Assembly: GCA_040290225.1 (NCBI GenBank)
Contig: PSMS01000003.1
Location: 1 to 37,992, forward strand
Direction of reading: 5' to 3'
DNA length: 37,992 nt
From: Patescibacteria group bacterium
Lineage (GTDB): Bacteria > Patescibacteriota > Minisyncoccia > UBA6257 > HR35
In this document: piece after piece, positions 18,227 to 27,805 of the stretch
Position numbering within the stretch: position 1 is the stretch's first letter
Layout of the letters: every line of letters begins with the position of its first letter
Notes under the pieces: model-generated
The model's input: the letters and a program-made list of their open reading frames with translations, nothing else
What the model was told of the DNA's origin: nothing
The model's database searches: none
Program-made: the position numbers and the translations under genes

Positions 18227-19156
18227 ATGAATTTAGAGGAGTTTGCAAAAAATTTAGAAAAGCAATTTTTGTTTGAGCCTAAAATAGAAAATAAGGATTT
18301 ACTAAGAAAGAAAGAAAAATTAATTTTTTATGGTATGGGAGGTTCGCATTTAGCTTCTGATTTTCTTTATTTTTTAAAACCAAATTTAGACTTTTTTTCT
18401 ATTTATGATTTTAATTTACCTGAAAGAGAAGATATTTATGAAAGACTTAATGTTTTTATTTCTTTTTCTGGTAATACAAAAGAAACTATCAATTGTCTTA
18501 ATTTAGCCCTGGAAAAAAATTTAGATTGTCTTGTAATTTCTCAAAATGGAAAAATAATTGAAATAGCTAAAGAAAAACAAATTCCTTATATTAAAATTCC
18601 TGAGGATAAAATTTTGCCAAGATTCGGCATTGGTTATATGTTAAAGAGCCTTTTTGAATTAGTTGAATTTAAAGAAGAAATAAATTTGAATCTTGATAAT
18701 TTATTTATTGAAAATGCTGAAGAATTAGCAAGAAAGTTGATAGATAAAATACCAATTATTTATACTTTTAATTATTTAAAACCATTTGCTTATTATTTAA
18801 AAATAAGTTTTAATGAAAATTTAAAAACCCCTGCTTTTTTGAATTTATTTCCAGAAATCTTTCATAACGAAATTGAAATGTTAGAAAATGAAAATTTAAC
18901 TAAAAATTTTTTCTTTATAATAATTAGCTCTTTTAAAGAAAATGAATTAAATAATAGACAAATAGAAATTTTTAAAAGAATATTGAAAATGAAAAACCTA
19001 GATTATTTTGAAATCAAATTAAACACCGAAAATAAAATTAATTCTATCTTTAATTTCCTTATTTTTTCTTATAAATTATCTCTTATTTTAGCCTTACATA
19101 AAAAAATAGATATAAATCAAACAAATTTAATAAATTTTTACAAGGAGGAATTTTAA
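18227..19156 (+). CDS. Bifunctional phosphoglucose/phosphomannose isomerase (SIS domain)
   Basis: GMGGS, ISFSGNTKET, PR, NENLK and PEIFHNEIE motifs. Confidence 0.88.
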   Translation: MNLEEFAKNLEKQFLFEPKIENKDLLRKKEKLIFYGMGGSHLASDFLYFLKPNLDFFSIYDFNLPEREDIYERLNVFISFSGNTKETINCLNLALEKNLDCLVISQNGKIIEIAKEKQIPYIKIPEDKILPRFGIGYMLKSLFELVEFKEEINLNLDNLFIENAEELARKLIDKIPIIYTFNYLKPFAYYLKISFNENLKTPAFLNLFPEIFHNEIEMLENENLTKNFFFIIISSFKENELNNRQIEIFKRILKMKNLDYFEIKLNTENKINSIFNFLIFSYKLSLILALHKKIDINQTNLINFYKEEF

Positions 19157-19241
19157 AATTAGTGGCTCATTTTTTAAAAATAAGATGGTTTTAGAATTTT
19201 AATTAATAAGCCTTAGCTAAATTTGATATAATTTTTACAAT

Positions 19242-21086
19242 ATGGAAAAAGGAGCCTTCGAAGGAGAAAAATTTTTAAAAGAAAAGTTTTGGAGATTTAA
19301 AGATTTCAGAGATATTGTTCAAAAATCAGCTAAAAGGAAATTAGGTAAAATTCCTCCAGAACCAACAAAACAAATTCAAGCCTATATTGAGAGATTGGAA
19401 AAGATTTTAGAGAATGAAAGGGGCCGAGAACTAATTTTAAATAGGCTATTTGAAAAATATATTATCAAAGAGGAAAAAATCACACCAAAGATAGTTAAAG
19501 ATCTTCTTTTAGGTAATTTAGCTGAAGAGATGGGTTATCAAAGAAGTGCTTTAAAAGATGAGAGGATTAGAAAGAGCGTTCTTGAAAGGTTTAAACAAGA
19601 ATATGGACAAGATTTTGAAGAATACCAACCTCCAGAAGAAACAATAAATGAACAGAGAAGACTTATTATAGAAAATCAAAAGGAAACTCTAAAAGCTTGG
19701 TTTGATTATCTTACTTCTCCAGAAGCTCAAAACTACCCTTCAGAATTTAGGTACTGGATCTTTAGTCAAATTATAGGTCTAGGTTCTTACAATGAAAAAG
19801 ATAAAAGCTTTTATAAAAGATCAGAGTCAACCATTGCTCCTTTTCTACCAATCAACTCTCAAGCTTTAGCTCTAATACTCGATGAACTTTTAAGAAAATA
19901 TCAAAAGCAACCATCAGAAATATTACCTAATTTATCAGAAGAAGAACAAAAAGATTACCAACAAAGATTAAAATCAGAAAACTTTAGTAAACTCTATGGC
20001 TGGGCTTTAGATTATGTTAAAAGACTCAAACTACCAGAAGAAAGATTACCGATTACCATTGGTGAATGGAGAGAATTTAAAGATCCAAAAGAAGCTCAAA
20101 ACCTTGTCTCTCAGATTAAAGATTTTTCTACAGGCTGGTGTATTGCAACTGAAACAGTAGCTCAAAATTATCTAGATAACTCAAGAATTTTAATTTATTT
20201 TTCTCAAGACGTAAATGGTCAAAATACTATTCCAAGAATAGCTATTGTAATTGATAAAGAAACTGGAAATATAAATGAAATAAGAGGTATTGCTGAAGCA
20301 CAGAACCTCGATCCTTATATTACTGAAGTTTTAGAAAAAAAATTAAAAGAAATTCCAGGCGGTGAAGAATATTTACAAACGCTTGAAGATATGAAAAAAT
20401 TAGCAGAAATTCACTTCAAACACCTAAACAATCAAGAACTAACAAAAGAAGATTTAAGATTTATTTATCAAATTGACAAAAAAATTAGAGGTTTCGGTTA
20501 CCAACAAGATCCAAGGATTAAAGAAATTTTAAAGAAAAGAGATAAAAGAAAAGATCTGGCCCAAATTTTTGATTGTAAAGAAGATCAAATAGCTCTTAAT
20601 GTGTTAGAATTTGATCCAAATAAAACAATTGTTTTCTACGGAGATTTTATTGGTAACCTTAGACTTGATATAACATCCTTAGGAAATTTAGAAATAATTA
20701 TAGGTAATGCTTATTTTGAATATTCTCAAGTAAGAGACCTTGGAAATTTAAGAATAATTGGTAGAGCTGGTTATTTCTCTGATTCTTATATCACATCTCT
20801 CGGAAATTTAGAAGAAATTGGAGGTATTGCTTATTTTGAATATTCCCAAGTAACAGACCTTGGAAATTTAAGAAGAATTGGTTGGTCAGTTTATTTCTCT
20901 AATTCTCAAATCACATCTCTCAAAAATTTAGAAGAAATTGGAGGTTATGCTGATTTTGAAAATTCCCAAGTAACAGACCTTGGAAATTTAAGGAGAATTG
21001 GTGGGCTAGCTTATGTAAAAGAAGAACAAAAAAAATTAATAGAAGAACTAAGAAAAAGAGGATTTCGTTTGAATATAATAGAATGA
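19242..21086 (+). CDS. Hypothetical protein with a TGWCIA (PcfJ-like) core and C-terminal 20-aa LRR-like repeats
   Basis: STGWCIA...PRIAI...EIRGIAEAQNL core; six (I/V)xxL(G/K)NLxxIxxxxxF-type units. Confidence 0.8.
   Translation: MEKGAFEGEKFLKEKFWRFKDFRDIVQKSAKRKLGKIPPEPTKQIQAYIERLEKILENERGRELILNRLFEKYIIKEEKITPKIVKDLLLGNLAEEMGYQRSALKDERIRKSVLERFKQEYGQDFEEYQPPEETINEQRRLIIENQKETLKAWFDYLTSPEAQNYPSEFRYWIFSQIIGLGSYNEKDKSFYKRSESTIAPFLPINSQALALILDELLRKYQKQPSEILPNLSEEEQKDYQQRLKSENFSKLYGWALDYVKRLKLPEERLPITIGEWREFKDPKEAQNLVSQIKDFSTGWCIATETVAQNYLDNSRILIYFSQDVNGQNTIPRIAIVIDKETGNINEIRGIAEAQNLDPYITEVLEKKLKEIPGGEEYLQTLEDMKKLAEIHFKHLNNQELTKEDLRFIYQIDKKIRGFGYQQDPRIKEILKKRDKRKDLAQIFDCKEDQIALNVLEFDPNKTIVFYGDFIGNLRLDITSLGNLEIIIGNAYFEYSQVRDLGNLRIIGRAGYFSDSYITSLGNLEEIGGIAYFEYSQVTDLGNLRRIGWSVYFSNSQITSLKNLEEIGGYADFENSQVTDLGNLRRIGGLAYVKEEQKKLIEELRKRGFRLNIIE
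20670..21015 (+). repeat. About six 60-bp tandem units alternating A/B (120-bp super-repeat)
   Basis: Successive 60-nt lines align: TTATTTTGAATATTCYCAAGTAASAGACCTTGGAAATTTA alternates with TTATTTCTCTRATTCT...TCACATCTCTC. Confidence 0.92.
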
Positions 21087-21136
21087 TGATTTTTTAAAAT
21101 TTGTTTTTTAGCTATATTTTTGTATAATTAAAAATA

Positions 21137-21388
21137 ATGAATAACCAAATTACCCAATTAGTGACTTATATTTTAGTAGTTATTTTATCAGATATTTTGG
21201 GATTTAGCCTAATTCCTATTGAAAAAATATCTACTTCTACTGTTGAAACCCTAACTTCAACCACACCTTTGTCTTCTAGTTCAGTAATAATTTTGACAAC
21301 AACATCCTCTACTCTAGAACAATTTTTGGGTTCAACAACAATCACAACTACTTTGCCTACTAAATCTCTTGAAAAAATTTTAAAATAA
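21137..21388 (+). CDS. Small hypothetical protein, N-terminal hydrophobic helix and Ser/Thr-rich tail
   Basis: Fills the intergenic space; TATAAT lies 8 nt before the ATG. Confidence 0.6.
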   Translation: MNNQITQLVTYILVVILSDILGFSLIPIEKISTSTVETLTSTTPLSSSSVIILTTTSSTLEQFLGSTTITTTLPTKSLEKILK

Positions 21389-21415
21389 AAATTTGTTTCT
21401 TAATATAATTTTTTA

Positions 21416-22255
21416 ATGAATCTTATTGGTTTTTTTAATGGCAAGTATCTTCCTGTAAAAAAAATAAAAATATCTATTTTTGATTTAGGACTTTTAAGAT
21501 CTTATGCGGTTTTCGATTTTATTAGAACCTATAACCAAAAACCATTTCTATTAGACGATCATTTAAAGAGATTTTTTAATTCAGCGAGAGCTCTTTCTTT
21601 AAAATCTCCCTACAATTTTGAAGAAATCAAAAGAATAATTAATAAATTAATTGAAACAAACAAAAATAAAGCAAAAGAATTTAATTTAAGAATTGTTTTA
21701 ACCGGAGGTGAATCAGAAAATTCTACCGAACCAGGCAAACCAAATTTTTTAATTATTGTAACGCCCCTTAAAAATTTAAACCAGTCAATTTATAAAAAGG
21801 GTATCAAACTTATTACTAAAATTTACGAAAGACCATTTCCTCAAGTAAAATCAACACTCTACGGTCCTTTGATAAAGTTTTTAATTGAAGCTAAAAAGAA
21901 AAAAGCTTTTGAAGTTTTGCTTTTAGATAGAAATAAAATGGTTTTAGAATGTACAACCTCAAATTTTTTTATTGTTAAAAAAAATAAAGTTTATACACCA
22001 CCATTGAAGAACGTTTTGGGGGGTATTACTCAAAAATTTATTTTTAAACTTATGAAAGAAAATAAAATACCCTTTGAAGAAAAAGAAATAAAATATGAAG
22101 AGTTAAAAATTATTGATGAATGTTTTATTACCGCTACTAATAAAGAGATAATACCTGTAGTTAAAATTGACAATTTTAAAATAGGCTCAGGCAAACCTGG
22201 TAAAATTACTTTGAATTTAATTAATCTTTTTAAACAGTTTGTTGAAAATTATTAG
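21416..22255 (+). CDS. Aminotransferase class IV (branched-chain/D-amino acid aminotransferase family)
   Basis: DLGLLRSYAVFD, HLKRF, the PLP lysine in QVKST, ECTTSNFF, LGGIT and DECFITAT. Confidence 0.92.
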   Translation: MNLIGFFNGKYLPVKKIKISIFDLGLLRSYAVFDFIRTYNQKPFLLDDHLKRFFNSARALSLKSPYNFEEIKRIINKLIETNKNKAKEFNLRIVLTGGESENSTEPGKPNFLIIVTPLKNLNQSIYKKGIKLITKIYERPFPQVKSTLYGPLIKFLIEAKKKKAFEVLLLDRNKMVLECTTSNFFIVKKNKVYTPPLKNVLGGITQKFIFKLMKENKIPFEEKEIKYEELKIIDECFITATNKEIIPVVKIDNFKIGSGKPGKITLNLINLFKQFVENY

Positions 22256-22308
22256 TTTCTACAGTATACTATATTAAGTCTATATTAAGTTTAATGAAAT
22301 AATTTAAC

Positions 22309-22941
22309 ATGAAATACTTATATTTTCGAAAAAGTAATTTTAGTTTAGATGAAATTGAAAAAAGATTGCAAGATAAGCTAAAAAGTGAGAATTTTATATT
22401 TAAAGAAGTTTATCGTCAAGAAAATAAATTTTTAGTTTATGGAATAGTCTTTCCAGAAATGATTGAAGAGTTTGTTAAATTAGATCTCCAATTATTAGCA
22501 TTTTATCCTTTGAATATTTTTGTAATTAATCAGGAAAATGAAATAATTATTGGTGTTTTTAATCCAGAAATAATAACAACAATTTTAAACGAATATAATT
22601 CTAATTATCAAAAATTTGTCGATTTTGAAAATAAAATTAAAGAAATTGTTGATGAAATTTCCGGAGGAGAAAAAAGAAAAATAGAAAGTATAAAACTTTA
22701 CGCAACAACTACTTGTCCTTATTGTGCTCAAGAAAAAGCCTTCTTAGATAGTAATAATATTAAATATGATTATGTTTTGGTTGATATTAATCCAATTGCT
22801 GCTGAAGAAATGATTAAAAAAACAGGTCAACAAGGTGTGCCAGTTACCGAAATTATTTACAATGATGGAGATTCAGATTTTATTATTGGCTTTGACAGGC
22901 AAAGACTTACTCGAATAATCAAAGAATTAAAGGAAAGTTAA
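22309..22941 (+). CDS. DUF302-like domain fused to a C-terminal glutaredoxin (NrdH/YruB-like)
   Basis: TTTCPYC, KTGQQGVPV and IIGFD; the N-terminal domain has a degenerate DUF302-like pattern (LLAFYPLNIFV). Confidence 0.75.
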   Translation: MKYLYFRKSNFSLDEIEKRLQDKLKSENFIFKEVYRQENKFLVYGIVFPEMIEEFVKLDLQLLAFYPLNIFVINQENEIIIGVFNPEIITTILNEYNSNYQKFVDFENKIKEIVDEISGGEKRKIESIKLYATTTCPYCAQEKAFLDSNNIKYDYVLVDINPIAAEEMIKKTGQQGVPVTEIIYNDGDSDFIIGFDRQRLTRIIKELKES

Positions 22942-22943
22942 TT

Positions 22944-24212
22944 ATGGTTTATGAAGACACTTTAAAAAAATTAGAAAGTATAAAGGAGATATTAAAAAAA
23001 ATAACTAAAAAAGATGAAGAAATTGAAGAATTTTATAAAATTTTATCTTATCCCCAAAGAATTATTAAAGTTTTTGTGCCATTAAAAAGAGATAATGGTT
23101 CAATTGAAATTTTTGAAGGTTATAGGGTTCAGCATAATAATTTTTTAGGACCTTATAAGGGTGGGATAAGATTTTATCCTGAAGTTGATGAAGATGAAAT
23201 AAAAACTTTAGCATTTTTGATGACAATTAAGTGTTCTTTAGTTGGTTTGCCTTTGGGCGGAGCGAAAGGAGGAATTAAAGTTGATCCTAAAAATTTATCT
23301 GAAAAAGAATTAGAAAACTTATCAAGAGAATATGTTAGAAAAATTTATGATTTTATTGGTCCAGAAAAAGACATTCCTGCTCCAGATGTTAATACTAATT
23401 CTAAAATAATTGATTGGATGACAGATGAATATTTAAAAATTTCTAAAGAATTAAATGTGGATAAAAGAGAAAATTATTTAAAAGCTACTTTTACAGGAAA
23501 GTCAGTCGAAAATTTTGGTTCAGAAGGAAGAGAAGAGGCAACCGGAAAAGGAGGAGAGATTGTTTTGGAAGAGGTTATTAAAAAATTAAATTTAAATAAA
23601 CCTTTAACAGTTGCTATTCAAGGATTTGGTAATGTTGGTTTTAATTTAGCGAAGTTTTTGTATCAAAATGGCTATAAAATTGTTGCTTTGTCAGATAGTA
23701 AAGGAGGAATATACTCAGAATTAGGTTTCAATCCAGAGTTAGTTATGGAATGTAAAAAAGAAAAAGGAACGGTTTGTGATTCAAGATTAGGTAAAAATAT
23801 TACTAATGAAGAAATTTTAGAATTAGATGTTGATATTTTAGTTCCTGCAGCAGTTGAAAATGTTATTAATGAAAATAATGCTTTAAGACTGAAAGCAAAA
23901 ATAATTTTAGAAATGGCTAACAATCCTTTAACTGCAAAAGCAGCTGAAATTTTGGACAATAAAATTATAGTTATTCCTGATATTTTAGCAAATAGTGGAG
24001 GTGTTATTGTTTCTTATTTAGAAATGTTACAAAACTTTGAAAATGAAAAATGGACAAAAGAAAAAGTTTTTGAAGAGTTAAGAAAATATTTAGTAAATTC
24101 TTTTGATAAAATCTGGCAAATAAAAGAAAATTATAATCTTACTTTAAGGGAATCTGCTTATTTGGTTTCAATGATAAATATTTGGGAAAATGTTCAAAAT
24201 AGACTCTTTTAA
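22944..24212 (+). CDS. gdhA: Glutamate dehydrogenase (Glu/Leu/Phe/Val dehydrogenase family)
   Basis: GYRVQHN, GPYKGGIRF, GGAKGG, DIPAPDVNT, QGFGNVG and PDILANSGGV. Confidence 0.95.
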   Translation: MVYEDTLKKLESIKEILKKITKKDEEIEEFYKILSYPQRIIKVFVPLKRDNGSIEIFEGYRVQHNNFLGPYKGGIRFYPEVDEDEIKTLAFLMTIKCSLVGLPLGGAKGGIKVDPKNLSEKELENLSREYVRKIYDFIGPEKDIPAPDVNTNSKIIDWMTDEYLKISKELNVDKRENYLKATFTGKSVENFGSEGREEATGKGGEIVLEEVIKKLNLNKPLTVAIQGFGNVGFNLAKFLYQNGYKIVALSDSKGGIYSELGFNPELVMECKKEKGTVCDSRLGKNITNEEILELDVDILVPAAVENVINENNALRLKAKIILEMANNPLTAKAAEILDNKIIVIPDILANSGGVIVSYLEMLQNFENEKWTKEKVFEELRKYLVNSFDKIWQIKENYNLTLRESAYLVSMINIWENVQNRLF

Positions 24213-24600
24213 AATAATTCTTTTTCTTTCAATTTTAAATTTAATTGTTTCATCTTATTTATTTTATTTGGACTTAAAAAAAGAAGTTCCATTTTGTTTA
24301 ATTAATTCTGGTTGTGAATTTATTTTTCAAAGTAAATATAGTAGAATTTTTAATATCCCAATTGCGTTTTTAGGAATAGTTTATTTTTTAATTCTTTTAA
24401 TTTTTTCTTTTTTAATTTTTAAAGGTAAAAATTATCTAATAAAATTTTTTAAAATAATTATTACTTTTGGCTTTTTATTTGCTCTTTATCTAATTTATCT
24501 TCAATTTTTTGTTATTAAAAGTTTTTGTCAATACTGTTTGGTCGTTGATTTTTCTACAATTATAATGTTCTTTTTAAGTTTAAAATTAAAAAATGAATGA
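24190..24600 (+). CDS. Vitamin K epoxide reductase (VKOR) family protein
   Basis: Loop cysteines C.INSGC, SKYS, four TM helices and the active site CQYC. Confidence 0.9.
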   Translation: MFKIDSFKIILFLSILNLIVSSYLFYLDLKKEVPFCLINSGCEFIFQSKYSRIFNIPIAFLGIVYFLILLIFSFLIFKGKNYLIKFFKIIITFGFLFALYLIYLQFFVIKSFCQYCLVVDFSTIIMFFLSLKLKNE

Positions 24601-25822
24601 AAAGATAAAAATTTTAATTTTAGGAGGAGGTTTTGGGGGAATTTATACTTTAAAATATCTTCATAATTTTTTTCACCAAAATAAAAAAGTTAAACTAATC
24701 TTAGTTAATAAGAAAAATTATTTTTTGTTTACACCACTTTTACATGAAGTTGCTACTGGAAGTGTTTCTTTAGAAAATACTATTGAAGCATTAAGAGAAA
24801 TAATTAAATGTTGTGATTGGGATTTTATTCATGGTGAGGTTAAAAAAATTGATTTGGAAAATAAAGAAGTTTTTATTGATGATTTCAAATTAAATTATGA
24901 TTACTTAGTCATTGCTTTAGGTTCAACAACAAATTTTTATAATATTCCTGGAGCTGAAGAAAATTCCTTTACTTTAAAATCAATTGATGATGCTATTAAA
25001 TTGAAAAATCATTTTATTCATAGTTTTGAAAAAGCAAGTTTAAATTATCAAGAAGGTGATTTAAATTTTGTTATTGTTGGCGGTGGAGCAACAGGAGTTG
25101 AGTTAGCAGCAGAAATGTCTGATTATTTTTATGGAACATTTAACAAACTTTATTCAAAAGAATTAATAGAAAAAGTTAGAATATTTTTAATCGAAAGAGG
25201 GACTGATTTAATTCCGCAATTTTCATTAAAATTAAGAGAATTAGCTAAAAAAACTTTGATCAAGAAAAAGGTTGAAATTTTGTTAAATAAAGGAGTAATA
25301 GAAGTTGGTAAAGATTTTGTCAAACTTGATGATGGGACAATAATTAAAAGTAAAACAATAATTTGGGTTGCCGGCGTAAAACCAAATCTTCCTGAAATAG
25401 TTGGTAAGATTGAAAAAGACAATAAAGGAAGATTAATCGTTAATGAGTATTTACAGGTTAAAAATTATTCTAATGTTTTTGCTGTTGGTGATGTTTGTTG
25501 TTTAGTTCAAAATGAAAAACCCTTACCCCAATTAGCTCAGGTTGCCACCAAAGAAGCAAAATATGTTGCTTGGAATATTAAAAATTTAATTGAAAATAAA
25601 AATTTAAAAAAATTTGTTTATCAGCATACAGGAGATTTAATTTCTTTAGGAAGATTTTATGCTATTGGTGAGATTGGAAGATTTACTTTTTCAGGATTTT
25701 TTACTTGGATACTTTGGCGAGGAGTTTATCTTTGTAAAATGGTATCTTTTAGAGATCAGCTAAAAACAATTGTTGATTGGTTTACTAATTTATTTTTGCC
25801 AAGAGATATATCGGAGATTTAA
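24593..25822 (+). CDS. ndh: Type II NADH dehydrogenase family FAD-dependent oxidoreductase
   Basis: ILGGGFGG, FTPLLHEVATG, VGGGATGVELA, FAVGD and the quinone-site motif AQVA. Confidence 0.9.
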   Translation: MNEKIKILILGGGFGGIYTLKYLHNFFHQNKKVKLILVNKKNYFLFTPLLHEVATGSVSLENTIEALREIIKCCDWDFIHGEVKKIDLENKEVFIDDFKLNYDYLVIALGSTTNFYNIPGAEENSFTLKSIDDAIKLKNHFIHSFEKASLNYQEGDLNFVIVGGGATGVELAAEMSDYFYGTFNKLYSKELIEKVRIFLIERGTDLIPQFSLKLRELAKKTLIKKKVEILLNKGVIEVGKDFVKLDDGTIIKSKTIIWVAGVKPNLPEIVGKIEKDNKGRLIVNEYLQVKNYSNVFAVGDVCCLVQNEKPLPQLAQVATKEAKYVAWNIKNLIENKNLKKFVYQHTGDLISLGRFYAIGEIGRFTFSGFFTWILWRGVYLCKMVSFRDQLKTIVDWFTNLFLPRDISEI

Positions 25823-25825
25823 TTG

Positions 25826-25834
25826 TGATATAAT
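25826..25834 (+). promoter_or_regulatory. Extended -10 promoter for the CAT tRNA
   Basis: TGATATAAT lies 45 nt upstream of the tRNA. Confidence 0.5.
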
Positions 25835-25879
25835 AATATATATAAAAGAAGTTAATAAGAGTTTTTATTTTGACCTTAA

Positions 25880-25950
25880 CGCGGGGTGGTGGAGTAGGAC
25901 CACGCGGGTCTCATAAGCCCGAGACGCCGGTGCAAATCCGGCCCCCGCAA
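25880..25950 (+). tRNA. tRNA-Met (CAT), initiator-like (C1:A72 mismatch); CCA not encoded
   Basis: Acceptor CGCGGGG/CCCCGCA, D stem GTGG/CCAC, anticodon arm CGGGT-CTCATAA-GCCCG, T arm GCCGG-TGCAAAT-CCGGC. Confidence 0.92.
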
Positions 25951-25976
25951 CAATTTTTTCGTTATTTTTAAAATAA

Positions 25977-26711
25977 TTAACTATTGAAAAATTTTTTAAA
26001 TTCAAAAGCATCCTCAATTGCATAACCTTCAAAATCGTTATTAAAGTAAGCAAATAAAGTTTTTGGTTTCAATTTTTTAATCTTATCCGCATATTTTTTT
26101 AACTCTTCCTTTTCGTATTTTGAAGCAAAAAGTTTTGGTTTGCCATGAAATCTAACATAAACAAAATCAGCAGTTTTAACAATTTCTGTTGGCCAGCGAG
26201 GAGAATCAGAAATAACAAAAGCAATATTATTTTCTCTTAAAAATTGATAAACTTCTTTATCTAACCAAGATTTATGTCGAAACTCAATTGCGTATTTTAA
26301 TTTTTTATCAATTGATCGGATTAATTTAACAAAATTTTTTAAAAGTTTCAAATCCTTTTTAAGTCCTGGTGGTAATTGAATCAAAATTATTCCCAAATTT
26401 TTTCCTAAAACTTTATAACTTTCAATTGTCTCTTTTAAAATTTTTTTATCATCTTTATTTAATTTTAATCTTCGAAAATGAGTAAAAAGTCTGTGAAGCT
26501 TGATCGAAAATAAAAAATTTTTTGGAACCTGATCTTTCCATTTTTCAAAAGTTTCTATTTTTGTGAAATGATAAAAACTAGTATTAATTTCAACAGTTTT
26601 GAAATTTTTTGCATAAAAATTAAGCCAATTTTTTGATGACAAATTTTCTGGATAAAATTTTTCTTTCCAATGATAATATTGCCATCCGGATGTTCCAATA
26701 TAAGTTTTCAT
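25977..26711 (-). CDS. DUF72 (YecE-like) protein
   Basis: IGTSGW.Y, VEINTSFY, QLPP, EFRHKSW, YVRFHG and YFNND. Confidence 0.93.
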   Translation of the reverse strand: MKTYIGTSGWQYYHWKEKFYPENLSSKNWLNFYAKNFKTVEINTSFYHFTKIETFEKWKDQVPKNFLFSIKLHRLFTHFRRLKLNKDDKKILKETIESYKVLGKNLGIILIQLPPGLKKDLKLLKNFVKLIRSIDKKLKYAIEFRHKSWLDKEVYQFLRENNIAFVISDSPRWPTEIVKTADFVYVRFHGKPKLFASKYEKEELKKYADKIKKLKPKTLFAYFNNDFEGYAIEDAFEFKKFFNS

Positions 26712-26797
26712 TAATTAAATTATAGTAGACTCCCTTCAGGCTTAAAAATTTTCTATTTTTATGTTTTGATTGTTAAATTTTAGGTTAAAATAAAATT

Positions 26798-27805
26798 ATG
26801 CATAAAATTGGGATCTTTGAAATTGAAGGTTGGGAGAAGGAGTTATTTGAAAAAGAATTTTTTGAGCATAATCTTTATTTTTCAGAAAAATCAATTACTG
26901 CTAATCATTTGCCCGAAGAAAGAGATTTTACAATTTTATCGATCTTTGTTGGAAGTAAATTGACTAAAGAAGTTCTTGAAAATTTCCCCAATTTAAAATT
27001 AATTACTACTCGTTCAACTGGATTTGATCATATTGATTTAAATTATTGTAAAGAAAAAGGAATTGTTGTTTGTAATGTTCCAAGCTATGGATCAGAAACT
27101 GTTGCCGAATGGACAATAGGCCTTATGCTTTGTTTAATGAGAAAAATTTATTATGCTATTGATCAAATAAAGGAAACAAAAAATTTAGATTTTAAAAATT
27201 TAAGAGGTGAAGAGCTATCAGGAAAAACTTTAGGAGTAATCGGAACAGGAAAAATTGGTAAAGAAGTGGCTAAAAGAGCTAAAGCATTTAATATGAATTT
27301 AATAGGTTATGATCTTTTTCCAGATGAAAAATGGGCGAGTGAAATTGGTTTAAAATATGTTGGTTTAGATGAGCTTTTATCTAATTCCGATGTTATTACA
27401 ATTCACTGTCTTTTGAATGAATCAACGTATCATTTAATTAATAAAGAAAATATCAAAAAAATAAAGAAAGGTGCTTATTTGATTAATACTGCTCGAGGAG
27501 AAATTGTCGAGACAGATGCTTTGATTTATGCTTTAAAGGAAGGAATATTAAAAGGAGCAGCCTTAGATGTTTTAGAAGAAGAAAGATTTTTAAAAGAAGA
27601 ATTAGATTTATTAATTAAAGAAGGACAATCAATGACAAACCTAAAAATAGCTTTAGAAAATCATATTTTAATGGAAATGCCAAACGTTTTAATTACACCT
27701 CATAATGCTTTTAATTCAAAAGAAGCAATTGAAAGAATAATAAAAACAACAATTGAGAATATAAAAAATTTTATGAAAGGATCTTTGATAAATGTTTGTG
27801 AATAA
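26798..27805 (+). CDS. D-isomer-specific 2-hydroxyacid dehydrogenase (D-lactate dehydrogenase-like)
   Basis: TRSTGFDHID, NVPSYG, GTGKIG, INTARG, ALDVLEEE and TPHNAF. Confidence 0.92.
   Translation: MHKIGIFEIEGWEKELFEKEFFEHNLYFSEKSITANHLPEERDFTILSIFVGSKLTKEVLENFPNLKLITTRSTGFDHIDLNYCKEKGIVVCNVPSYGSETVAEWTIGLMLCLMRKIYYAIDQIKETKNLDFKNLRGEELSGKTLGVIGTGKIGKEVAKRAKAFNMNLIGYDLFPDEKWASEIGLKYVGLDELLSNSDVITIHCLLNESTYHLINKENIKKIKKGAYLINTARGEIVETDALIYALKEGILKGAALDVLEEERFLKEELDLLIKEGQSMTNLKIALENHILMEMPNVLITPHNAFNSKEAIERIIKTTIENIKNFMKGSLINVCE

Noticed and set aside
20670-21015. 60-bp periodic repeats as a CRISPR array or a DGR template/variable pair
   Set aside because: The units are in-frame coding repeats without unique spacers, differences are not adenine-specific, and no cas or reverse transcriptase gene is in the window.
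25865-26053. 62-aa minus-strand ORF
   Set aside because: It is antisense to the CAU tRNA and overlaps the end of the DUF72 gene.
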